Below the pieces are notes generated by a model that worked only from the letters and a program-made list of their open reading frames with translations, did not search any database and was not told where the DNA came from. A stretch of 63,623 bases of DNA, counting the filler, from Octopus bimaculoides (lineage: Eukaryota), in the NCBI RefSeq assembly GCF_001194135.2. It is 5 parts of 5 records of this genome, joined end to end, with 100 filler letters (N's around TTAATTAATTAA, not from the genome) between each part and the next. Parts side by side here need not be neighbours in the genome. Positions count along the whole stretch, not along the records: positions 1 to 14,976 come from NC_068986.1; 4 more parts are not named here. One strand, written 5' to 3'. The translations under genes and the position numbers were made by a program. The first letter of the stretch is position 1. Each line of letters opens with the position of its first letter. Shown here piece by piece: positions 1 to 10,389 of the stretch.

Positions 1-348
1 GCCTTTCTGGCACTTGTGCCCATGACATGTGTAAGGATTTTCGAGCGAGATCGTTGCCAGTGCCCCTGGACTGGCTCTTGTTTGGGTGGCACATAAAATA
101 CACCATTTTGAGCGTGGCCGTTGCCAGTACCGCCTGACTGGCCTTCGTGCGCGTGACACGTAAAAGCACCTACTACACTCTCTGAGTGGTTGGCGTTAGG
201 AAGGGCATCCAGCTGTAGAAACTCTGCCAAATCAGATTGGAGCCTGGTGTAGCCATCTGGTTTCGCCAGTCCTCAGTCAAATCGTCCAACCCATGCTAGC
301 ATGGAAAGCGGACGTTAAACGATGATGATGATGATGATGATGATGATG
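1..348 (+). mobile_element. 3' end of an RTE-clade LINE (or SINE sharing its tail), ending in (GAT)n
   Basis: Near-identical to the 3' UTR at 25395-25743, which follows an RTE ORF2 C-terminus. Ends in gcatggaaagcggacgttaaac(gat)n. Confidence 0.8.
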
Positions 349-414
349 CTCAAAAAGTAGATGTTCCATGGTCGAGACTACACATCGATGCAGCAGGTCT
401 TATTAGTAGTAGTT

Positions 415-1332
415 AATAATTTTTCAAAATGGCCTGAAAAAACCAACCTCATCAAATTTTTTACACGAATTGTTTGCAAGATTTAGCATCCCAGATAAGA
501 TAGTGTCTGACAATGGAATGCAATTTGTGTCTAAAGAATTTTTTAAATCTTGTGAAATATTCACAGTAGAACATATAACTATGGTGCCATACCATCCCAG
601 ATCTAATGGACAAGCAGAACACTTTGTCAATACCTTCAAAAGAGCTTAGAAAATCAAATAAGGAAAGCATAGATAAGGTAGCTTTAAAACAATTTTTAAG
701 AGGGTACTGTATAACATCAAATCCGAATACACCAGCAGGTAGCTCACCAGTGGAGCTGATGTTTGCAAGGAAAGTAAAATCAGTTTTTGATAAATTGCTA
801 CCTGGCAAGAAAAGAAAAAGTGCCAGGGAAGACATAGCAAGATTCTATAAAGCTGGTGAAAAGGTGTATATGAGGGCATACAAGACTATAAAACAGAGTT
901 GGGAAGATAGCATAATTACCACATGCATAGGTAAAATGTTTTATTGGGTAAAAAGTAAAAAAATGCATACAAAAGAGACACAGGAACCAATTGATTCATG
1001 GAAAGCAAACCAAAGAAGTTGGAGGAACACATGGAATGGTTGTACAATACATTCCAAGTACCAATGCCACTGCCGGTGATTGAACCCAGGCATACAAGTG
1101 AAAAGAAAAGAAAACATACAGAGCTCCTGAAAATAGATGCCAAGAGAAAAAAATATTAAATTGCCCGTAAAAAAAAATTAAAAATGTGAGGTGAGGTGAA
1201 AAATATTATTGCTAAATAAAATTACACTTCCTAAGAAAAACTCAAAAGGAGAGATATTGTAGGGAATTAGTAATAATGGCACACCACTCCAACATGATGA
1301 GTGGAATGATCCCAACTATAAGTAAAGTGACA
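415..1332 (+). mobile_element. Ty3/Gypsy LTR retrotransposon remnant: integrase C-terminal half, polypurine tract, start of 3' LTR
   Basis: Integrase-like TMVPYHPRSNGQAEHFVNTFKRA (~580-650) and TPNPNTPAGSSPVELMFARK-type motif in ORF 606-1079. Purine tract aaaaggagaga (~1245) is followed by tgtaggg.... Frameshifts and stops present. Confidence 0.75.
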
Positions 1333-1835
1333 TCAGCCAGTATCTACAGAATACATAGAGTATGAGAGTATGTGTAGACTGTGTTGATGGTCATGTCTGT
1401 GCTGATATTGTGGTTATACTGTGATACTGAGTGGATGTTATAACAACTCAACCCTTTGAGGATAATAACACTGTCCGACTGGAGGTCGTACAGTACTAGA
1501 TAGAAACATTCTATCAACGACTTCGGAATATAACATTGTCTGTCATACAAGGACAGATGCAACAGCGGCAAAGGACTGCTTTATAACAGTCTGCACTATA
1601 AAATTGTTGATAAGAAAGGTATCTATTTTAAGAATTATACATATAGATGGTATAGACTTATGTATATGTACATGATTTTTGATTTTGTTTTTGTTTATCT
1701 ATTAATGGTTTCCTCAAATTTTGATAGTAGATCAGAGATGTGAAACTCATTCACAAAATTTTTTCTTTCTTCTTTACATGTGTGTCTCAAGGTTATAGCT
1801 GAGATGGTAGTTATGGAGCCATTGCAGATTTCCAA

Positions 1836-3130
1836 TGTAACGGATATATAATTGTTAAAGAGAACAACAAATGTTAAGGTAAGGCAAACATCTCAAGTCA
1901 TATACATTATTATTATTGGAAAAAATTCGAAGTCTTACAACTGTTTATGGGATATCCCAGAGTATGGGATATTCCGTCATCGGAGACAAATAGGGTTAAT
2001 GAGAAGGGTATAGTGGTATAAGGGAGAGCATCCAGCATGTAGCTAACTCCATCCACCAAAGTATCAAGGTAACTATAGATTACCCCATTAGGTACCCTAA
2101 CAATAGACTCCCTGTCCTTGATACTGAACTTTGGTTAGAGACTGTGAACAAAAGAGTGCAGCTCCTCCACCTCTATTACATGAAACCTTTAGCTTCTAAA
2201 TATGTTATTCACAAGAACTCAGCTTTGTTACACAACATGAAAATCAACATAATGCTAGCAGACTGAGTTAGAATAATGAATAACGTGTCCCCACTATACA
2301 AACACTATGAATCAAGGAAACATGTACAGAACTTCATGCACCGCATGCAATTCTTTGGATATGATCAGAAAGATAGGGTATGGGTATACAGGGGAGCTAG
2401 AAAGAAGTTAGATAACATTTTATGTAATGAAACCAATGGTACCTGTCCTAGATATAGAAGTAAAGACTGGAATAGGATACAAAGTGTTTGTGACAAAGAA
2501 AACAGGATGAACACAAGGTAGAAGACCGACAAATATCAAGGAGTGGTGTTTGTAGGAGCCACAGCCCCTGGAGAACTAGCCCGAAGATTTAGAAAAGCTC
2601 TGAAGAAGGCCAAATTCAACATTAAGATGGTTGAAAAGCGAGGGAGCTCCATCAAATCACAACTATGTAGGATGTACTCCTATGAGAATACCACATGTAC
2701 CAATGAAAACTGCATGGTATGTAAGATTAACCCTGGCATTAACTATAGAACTAGAAATGTAGTCTACTGCATAAGGTACATAGAAGGTGCTTATAAAGAC
2801 AAGAACATGATATACAAAGGTGAGAGATCTAGAGGCATTGTGGAAAGACTAAATGAACATTTGAGACAATATGACAATGAAAAAACAGTCCTCCATATGC
2901 TATCAACATGTCAAAGACCAACATGGAGGCACACTGGGTCAACTTGACATCTGCATTTTATCCAAGTACCTGAAAGACCCAACACTCAGACAAATACAGG
3001 AATACGTCCTTATAAATGAAACATACCCAGTACTAAATTGGAAATATACTTAGAAGGTAGTCATACCCCAATACCCACAGCTTATATATACACAGGTAGG
3101 GTTGATAGTAGGCTGTTATGTAGACATATA
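1836..3130 (+). mobile_element. Degenerate Penelope-like element (RT thumb plus GIY-YIG endonuclease), probably with an inverted terminal piece at its 5' end
   Basis: LPVLDTELW...YMKP..SKYVIHK at ~2110. ORF 2543-2947 has CxxxxCxxC followed by NVVYCI...YKGERSRGIVERLNEHL, a GIY-YIG-type motif. The 3' side is interrupted by a Tc1 element. Confidence 0.75.
1932..1987 (-). ncRNA. Degenerate minimal hammerhead ribozyme remnant
   Basis: Minus strand reads gtct-CCGATGA-c-ggaatatccc-atactct-gggatatccc-ATAAAC-agtt-GTA-agac. Stem I (gtct/agac) and stem II pair, but both core boxes are mutated. Confidence 0.5.
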
Positions 3131-3132
3131 TA

Positions 3133-4345
3133 CAGGGATTGGACAAAATAATGGAAACACCTTAAAATTTCAAAACAAGTATTTTAATATGGGGTAGGAC
3201 TGCCTTTGGCAGTAATTACAGCTTGAATTCTACAAGGTATGGACTCATACAAAGTTTGAATTGTTTCCAAAGGAATTTTTATCCATTCTTCACCTAAAAC
3301 AGTCTCCAGTTCTTGTAGTGATGATGGTGGAGGATATCGGCTCCTTACTTGTTTTTCTAAAATGCAACATAAATATTCAATAATATTGAGATCTGGGGAC
3401 TGTGGTGGCCAGATAAGATGTTCAACTTCACTAGAATGTTCCTCATGCCATTCAGTAACAACTTTAGCTGTGTGAATTGGTGCCTTATCATCCTGAAAAA
3501 TTGCATTTCCCTCCGGAAACAGTTCCGCAACCATAGGATAAATTTGATCAGATAAAATGCTTAAATAGTCTTTACTATTAATTCTGTCATGAAGAGAAAC
3601 CATTGGGCCAGCAGTTTTCCAAGATATAGCCTGCCAGATCATCACAGATCCTCCTCCATGTTTAACAGTTGGAAGAAGGTAGTCTGAGTCACATGCTTCT
3701 TTTTGCTGTCTCCGCATGTATACTCAGCCAGTGGTTGGAAATAAGGTAAAGGATGACTCGTCTGAGAAAATATCATTCTTCCACTCCTCTAGGGACCAAT
3801 TCTATAGGTTTTTACTCCACTCTAAAGGCTTTGCAGCATTTGTTTTTGAAAGTAGTATTTTTCTGATTGCAGCCTTCCTGTGAAATCCGGCTTTGTGCAG
3901 CTCCTGGCGAACAGTTTTGTGGAAACTGGGTTCTCGAGGTGATCATTAAACTCTGCAGTAATTTTGGGAGCTGTACTTTTGTGATCCTTTCTAACAATTT
4001 GCATAAGAGTCCGACAGCCCCTATCTGAAACTTTTGCTTTCCTTGCGGAGTTTTGTTTCAACAAGGAGGTTTTTCCCCTCTTTCTCAAAGATTGTCATTA
4101 CTTTCAAGAGAAAGCTATATGAGCACCAACAATTTGACTTCTTTGAAAGTCTGATAGATCTGTAATTTTAATTACCCTTTTCTGATGATATCTGAAAAGA
4201 AACAGCAATTTTAACAAAACATGTTAAGCAACTATTATAATAAATCAAAAAACATAAAAGTAAACAAGCTTTTGACAGTTTTATAGATATTTCAAAATTA
4301 TGATGCTATGATGCTAAGTATTTCCATTATTTTGTACAACTCCTG
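3133..4345 (-). mobile_element. Tc1-family DNA transposon, decayed
   Basis: ORF 3184-3717 has KHGGGSVMIW, FQDDKAPIHT and WPPQSPDLNIIE motifs. HTH remnant in ORF 3822-4088. Imperfect TIRs: cagggattggacaaaataatggaaac (3133) and tttccattattttgtacaactcctg (ends 4345), with TA on the left. Confidence 0.9.
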
Positions 4346-4740
4346 AATGTATATACTCACACATCACACCACTCCTTCATACTTCCCCTTCAATGACGTG
4401 GCCAATTCTTGTCCACCATGCAGTCAATTTCCTGTTCACCATACGATATTTCCCAAGTAACTGTTGTCACTGAAATACCAACATAAAACTGTGACATCGT
4501 GTGACCTTTTTTGAACAACTCCAGCCCACGTTCCAGTAATAACAATTTTCCAGCTGATCTCTCATTCAAATTTCCAATAGCTGAGGATTAGCATCACACT
4601 TTGAAACGTAAAGTACCAAGATACTTGATTGAAACTGTTTTGATCCATATATATGTGTGTGTGTGTGTGTGTGTACACACATACACACACACACATTATA
4701 TATATATGTATGCATATATATATATATACACATACGTACA

Positions 4741-4780
4741 TATTGGCGCAACACCAACGAGGTCATTACATGGTTTAAGG

Positions 4781-4786
<6 letters not shown>
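4741..4786 (+). mobile_element. Isolated 46-bp Penelope RT fragment within TA microsatellite
   Basis: Encodes WRNTNEVITWFKAN and is nearly identical to 7473-7518, the 5' start of the downstream Penelope copy. Confidence 0.7.
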
Positions 4787-4814
<28 letters not shown>

Positions 4815-4989
4815 NNNNNNNNNNNNNNNNNNNNNNNNNNNNNNNNNNNNNNNNNNNNNNNNNNNNNNNNNNNNNNNNNNNNNNNNTGTGTGTGTGTGTG
4901 TGTACACACATACACACACACACATTATATATATATGTATGCATATATATATATATACAAGAAAAGAAATGGACCAATAATTAACAATG

Positions 4990-7184
4990 AGAAGTTGATC
5001 ATTGGTATTAAAAAGTCATAGTAGGTATTAAAAAGTCATATTGTAGTTCAGAACCATTTACAGCTGTTTCTGTTTACCAAATTGAGGTAAATTTGCATTT
5101 ATCTTGTTCCATTTAACAAACATCGTCAGAATGATTTAGAAGAATATAAATAGGAGAAAAAAGAAAAGAAAGGAAAAAGAAAAAGTTTGTTAAGTCTTTA
5201 GGCTTACATTTTAGTGACTTTTTGGGTTCCACGTGCATGTATGTTTCTTCAATTAGATGAATGGAGCAGTAAGTGGGAAAAATAACTAGTTGACCAGCGG
5301 TGTTAGTTGAAAGAGTTATACCTGGTGGAGATATCCGGTTTTGTTAATTGTAATATACAATGCTATTTGTAACTGCTAGGTTAGTCCCTATGATTACAAA
5401 TAATGCCCTATTAAAAACTAAGGATGCTTCTTAAAGTTAGTACGACAATGTATATATGGACTATGTACAGGAATAATAAAAAAGATAGAGTACATAAAAT
5501 CAATAAAAAAATCAATTAAAATCAATTAAAATATAATGTGCTATGTGAGTCGGCAATCTAGCTTGAAGGTGAATATATTATCGGGGATTATATGCCCGAG
5601 CATACAACGTAGATTTTAAATAGATAGTTCGGTTAATCAGGGTAATTCAAATTAGAATTGTGATTTGATGTTATATTATGCTCTGTGGTGAGTGGGATGG
5701 TTCGGGGAGGTAATAAGATGTTAGGTAGGTCAGCTAATAACCTGTAATGTAGGTATTAGTGGTATTTAGAGAATAAGAATTTATCTTTATTCAAACATGT
5801 TAAATTTTTCTTGTGTCATTTATTAAGTAATCTTGATTTGGCCATTAAAATGAAGAATTTCTTATTTATGCATTAATTACAGCGATTATTATTAAGGTTA
5901 TACAAAGATTTTTGGCTAGGATACGCCATTCTAATCTATAATTAATGTTGTTGTCTTTCAGTTTCCAGATGTAACCACTTAATCCAGTAGAGTTCACTTT
6001 ATTTATTTCTGAAACTTGAGCGATGAGAATTATATCTAAGCTTCATTTCATTTTTAGCTGCTCTAATATAAATTTTCTTGTAATTATTTGACAGTACATC
6101 ACATTGGTAGATTACGTTTTTAGTTTTACATTTATTTAAGAATTCACAAGTATTTTATCTCTGCAACCACATAGATTAGTAAGATTGTCTGTGCCTATGA
6201 CATGTTGAGGGGGATTATTATTTATAAGGTAGTTGTCCGAATTTTTAGAGGGAGAGTTATTTGGGGGTCACTTATTATATCAATCGATTGGTTGTTGTGC
6301 CTTTTATTGCTATTCTTCCTAGTTTCATAGAAGACATCTAGCTTTTTATTGTTGATAGAGACTATAATAGCAGCTTGGTTGTTGGTTAGGCTATGGCCTA
6401 CTCTAATTTTATTACTTAAGATTTCTGAGTATTTGGTATTCATATTGAAGTGCTTATTTATAAGTCTCATTATAGATTTAACTATATTGGTTTTTAGTTG
6501 CATCACGAAAGGGATTATTTGCCAGATGTTATCTTTATTCTGTTTATTTTTAATATTATTGTTTTTGGTGTAGAAACTGCCCTCAGTATTATTGTAGATC
6601 GCAAAGTTATGGTTATAATTATTATTCTCCTTTCTATTGTTATTTTTATTACTATTACTATCAGCTTTAGTGGTGTTGTTCCTGTACAATTTATTTATTT
6701 TATTTACATTGCTATTATTGCTTCTAACAGGGACTTTATTAGTTTTTCGAGGTGTGTTATTTTTATTTTTATTGTTATTATTTTTCTTGGTATTGTTATC
6801 AATCCCATTATTAGTATTTCTATCGTTATCATATTTAATGTTGTCATTAATCTTATGATGAATCTTATCATTCTTCCTACTATTTTTGTTATTACTACTA
6901 TTATTCCTATTATTGTTGTTTTTATTGCTTTTGTGATTATTATAGTCATTTTGGATATAATTCCTATTATCATAATTTTGAACATTTCTGTTATCTGGGT
7001 TATTTTTATAGGGTTCCGAGTAAAGGTACTTAATTTTTAGCTTATGACCTGCTTTTCCTAATGCCCTGTTGTAGAATTTCTTATACTTATTAAAGATATC
7101 TTTGTTGGATGAGAGATATGACGTTCTTTTGCTGATGCCTTGTACAAGTCCTCTTTTTATAAAGTTAGGGTGGTTGCTAAGTGC

Positions 7185-7185
<1 letters not shown>
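4990..7185 (-). mobile_element. Penelope-like element, family A (5'-truncated)
   Basis: Minus strand reads LSNHPNFIKRGLVQGISKRTSYLSSNKDIFNKYKKFYNRAL (RT thumb, ~7050-7180), then an Asn-rich linker, then IWQIIPF...LINKHFNMNTKYSEILSNKIRVGHSL. GIY-YIG remnants at ~5800-6200. Homologous to 46263-47910. Confidence 0.85.
5052..5136 (-). ncRNA. Minimal type I hammerhead ribozyme with complete core
   Basis: Minus strand reads aatcatt-CTGACGA-tgtttgttaaat-[28 nt]-atttggtaaaca-GAAAC-agct-GTA-aatggtt. Stem I 7 bp, stem II 12 bp including G-U pairs, palindromic stem III acagctgt. Lies at the 3' end of the Penelope copy. Confidence 0.8.
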
Positions 7186-7238
<53 letters not shown>

Positions 7239-7323
7239 NNNNNNNNNNNNNNNNNNNNNNNNNNNNNNNNNNNNNNNNNNNNNNNNNNNNNNNNNNNNNN
7301 NNNNNNNNNNNNNNNNNNNNNNN

Positions 7324-7361
<38 letters not shown>

Positions 7362-7435
7362 TTTATTTAAAAGCAGCAGAAATATAACAAAAAAACCGTT
7401 ACTCTGAGTTTCATCGGACAGTTTTGCTACTCCGG

Positions 7436-7471
<36 letters not shown>

Positions 7472-7472
7472 T

Positions 7473-9495
7473 ATATTGGTGCTACACCAACGAGGTCATT
7501 ACATGGTTTAAGGCCAATAGCGGTAGGGGTAGATCTTTAGATTTACCCAATTTGATATAGTGAATTTTTATCCATCTATATCAAGGGACCTCCTGTTAAA
7601 AGGCATTGGACTTTGCCAAGGCCCACACTGAAGTCAGTGATGAGGACATATGCATTATCATGCATGCCAGAAGAACCCTACTCTTCAGTAAGGGATCAGC
7701 TTAGGCCAAATGTACTAACCCAGAGGGCTCCCTCATCCTAAATACACTTAAAAAGAAATTCCCTTCAACTAGCTTTGGACTCTACAGAGATGACATGCTG
7801 GCAATATCAAGAAGGACCAATGGCCGGGCTCAGAAAGGACCTCACAAGCACCATGAACTCCCTTGGACTGAAGGTCACGATAGAGACTAACCTTGAAACA
7901 GTAGATTTCCTTGATGTGACCCTGGACCTGGTATGTGTTGCCTATAGGACCTTTAGAAAACCAAATGAGAAGCTGTCTTACATAAGCACAGGTTCCTGCC
8001 ATCCAGCCAGTGTACAGGAACCTAGTTAAGGGTGTCAGCATGAGCATCCCCAGCTTATCTTCAAGCAAAGAGATCTTTGATGCTGCTGCCCCTTACTACA
8101 ACCAGGCTCTGGCAGCCAGTGGTTTCAGGGATAGTATTAATTACATGCCAGACTGTAGAACCGCTCCCCCAACAGAAAGCACCACCAGAAAGTGCTGTGG
8201 TTCACCCTGCCCTTCTCTTTAAATATTAAGACCATAGTAGGTAAGATCTTCCTTAGTTAAGTTGATAAGCACTTTCCCCATATTAATAGATTCAATAAAA
8301 TATGTAATAGAAATACCCTGAGACTATCCTTTAGTTGTGCACCTAATGTAAAAATGATTTTAGTAGGTAGGCTACACCCAAGGCAGAGACAGGATGCTCA
8401 TGCAGGGGTAACACAACTTGTCCACTGAATAGCCAGTGCAACATGGAGGCAGTAACATACAAAGCAGAGGTAACAGCCACAGGACCAAATAGACAACCGA
8501 GTGTGCAGAAGTATGTGGGAGCAACAGAAGGCCCTTTTAGAACCCACTTTAACAACCACAAGTCCTCCTTCAATATCCCAGAGAGATGTAGCACAACAAC
8601 CCAAGCCAAACATGTTTGGCCTTTGAAAGAAAGCACCACAGAGTACAGCATAAAGTGGAAGATCCTGGAAAAATGCAAGTGGTACTTCAATAGCAGCAGG
8701 ATGTGCAGGTTATGCCTGGCTGAGAAGAGAGCACTTTTAAAGGGTACCCAATGCCCAGATGTTTACCTGGATAGCAGGAGTGAGGTGTTTAATCCCTGCC
8801 CACATGAAAGGAAGTACATCCTATCATACCTGCATCTCCAACATGACTGCAGTCACAGATCCCTGGCCTCGACCGTCCACCAATGCCCCCAGGATTGGCA
8901 AAGAATTTGACCAAAGCATACGTTAATGCACCCATGCATACACACACACACCTGTAAGGTGGACACACCACAAAACAGACTGTTTCTCACCATCCCCAAC
9001 ATATACCCCTTCACACATTGTACCCGACCACACACACATTACACACCACATGCTAACATAACCTCCACCCACGACCTTATCCTTTACAGAAAGAAAACAG
9101 ACCAACAAACACAGCCACATATGCCTACAACTCTGAAAACATTACGCACATGACACCACTACACATATCATACACCCCATCTCCACAAGAGCATCATATT
9201 TAATAATGCACACTTCCCCCATAAATGCTTTAAGATGGCTCTTACCGGCCTTACAGCAAACCCAACAAAAGGGCATAACTCCTAACCTAATCCCCAGGCC
9301 CTTTTTCATTTCACCACACTTTTTCAAATCAGCCGCTAATCAGTTGTGTTAATTCACCTCCGACAATAGAGAGCATTCACCATATTTCCTTCCATATCAG
9401 CTAACTCTGATGAGCGTAAGGTTATATAATCGGATTGTTACCTAACACTCCATTGTATTCATTGCATGAAACCAACTGGTAAGATAAGCCGTGAT
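7473..9495 (+). mobile_element. Penelope-like element, family B (5'-truncated, frameshifted)
   Basis: RT motifs FDIVNFYPS-like (~7555), GLKVTIETNLETVDFLDVTLDL and YNQALAASGF. GIY-YIG region YVGATEGPFRTHFNNHKSSF...CRLCLAEK in ORF 8443-8910. C/A-rich 3' UTR. Confidence 0.9.
9402..9486 (+). ncRNA. Minimal hammerhead ribozyme, partly degenerate
   Basis: taact-CTGATGA-gcgtaa...ttgcat-GAAAC-caactg-GTA-agata. Core boxes are intact. Stems I and II each have a mismatch, and stem III is near-palindromic (accaactggt). Confidence 0.65.
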
Positions 9496-9550
9496 GGATA
9501 TATATTATATATTTCAGATGATACATATGTGTGTGTGTGTGTATTATATA

Positions 9551-9591
<41 letters not shown>

Positions 9592-10088
9592 AATATATAT
9601 ATNNNNNNNNNNNNNNNNNNNNNNNNNNNNNNNNNNNNNNNNNNNNNNNNNNNNNNNNNNNNNNNNNNNNNNNNNNNNNNNNNNNNNNNNNNNNNNNNNN
9701 NNNNNNNNNNNNNNNNNNNNNNNNNNNNNNNNNNNNNNNNNNNNNNNNNNNNNNNNNNNNNNNNNNNNNNNNNNNNNNNNNNNNNNNNNNNNNNNNNNNN
9801 NNNNNNNNNNNNNNNNNNNNNNNNNNNNNNNNNNNNNNNNNNNNNNNNNNNNNNNNNNNNNNNNNNNNNNNNNNNNNNNNNNNNNNNNNNNNNNNNNNNN
9901 NNNNNNNNNNNNNNNNNNNNNNNNNNNNNNNNNNNNNNNNNNNNNNNNNNNNNNNNNNNNNNNNNNNNNNNNNNNNNNNNNNNNNNNNNNNNNNNNNNNN
10001 NNNNNNNNNNNNNNNNNNNNNNNNNNNNNNNNNNNNNNNNNNNNNNNNNNNNNNNNNNNNNNNNNNNNNNNNNNNNNNNNNNNNNNNN

Positions 10089-10389
10089 ACTCATCGTAAG
10101 GTAAATACCACCATGAGTGATATCCAAAATACAGTGGAGAAGGTTAGCCACTGGATTTGGTTAAAAAGAGACGATGAGCGATGGCTAGAGAAATATTGAG
10201 ATTTGTTTTTAATAACCAGTTGATCTAGCAAGCGGGGCCTCATATCAGTGAGGGTGTGCATTGATGCCGTCAAGAGGTAGGCCCCGAAACGGCACGCATT
10301 CCCTCCTGATGACCCCATACACTTGCTGGCTTCCGGTATGCAGAGTTCTCGACTGGTAGCACTTGCATGTGCGAGTTGTTTGCAAGACA
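10089..10389 (+). repeat. Copy of the 3' terminal ~300 bp of the downstream RLE element, joined directly to its 5' end
   Basis: Aligns to 13824-14132 (ORF end plus 3' UTR, both ending gcaagaca) with scattered substitutions and small indels. Left end is cut by an N gap. Confidence 0.9.

Noticed and set aside
4580-4615. ctgagga...gaaacgta as the 3' hammerhead of the first Penelope
   Set aside because: Stems I and II do not pair, so it is too degenerate to support.
4646-4958. Duplicated microsatellite block on both sides of a gap
   Set aside because: Probably an assembly overlap in low-complexity sequence.
6498-7040. 180-aa very hydrophobic plus-strand ORF as a membrane protein
   Set aside because: It is the antisense shadow of the Asn-rich Penelope linker.
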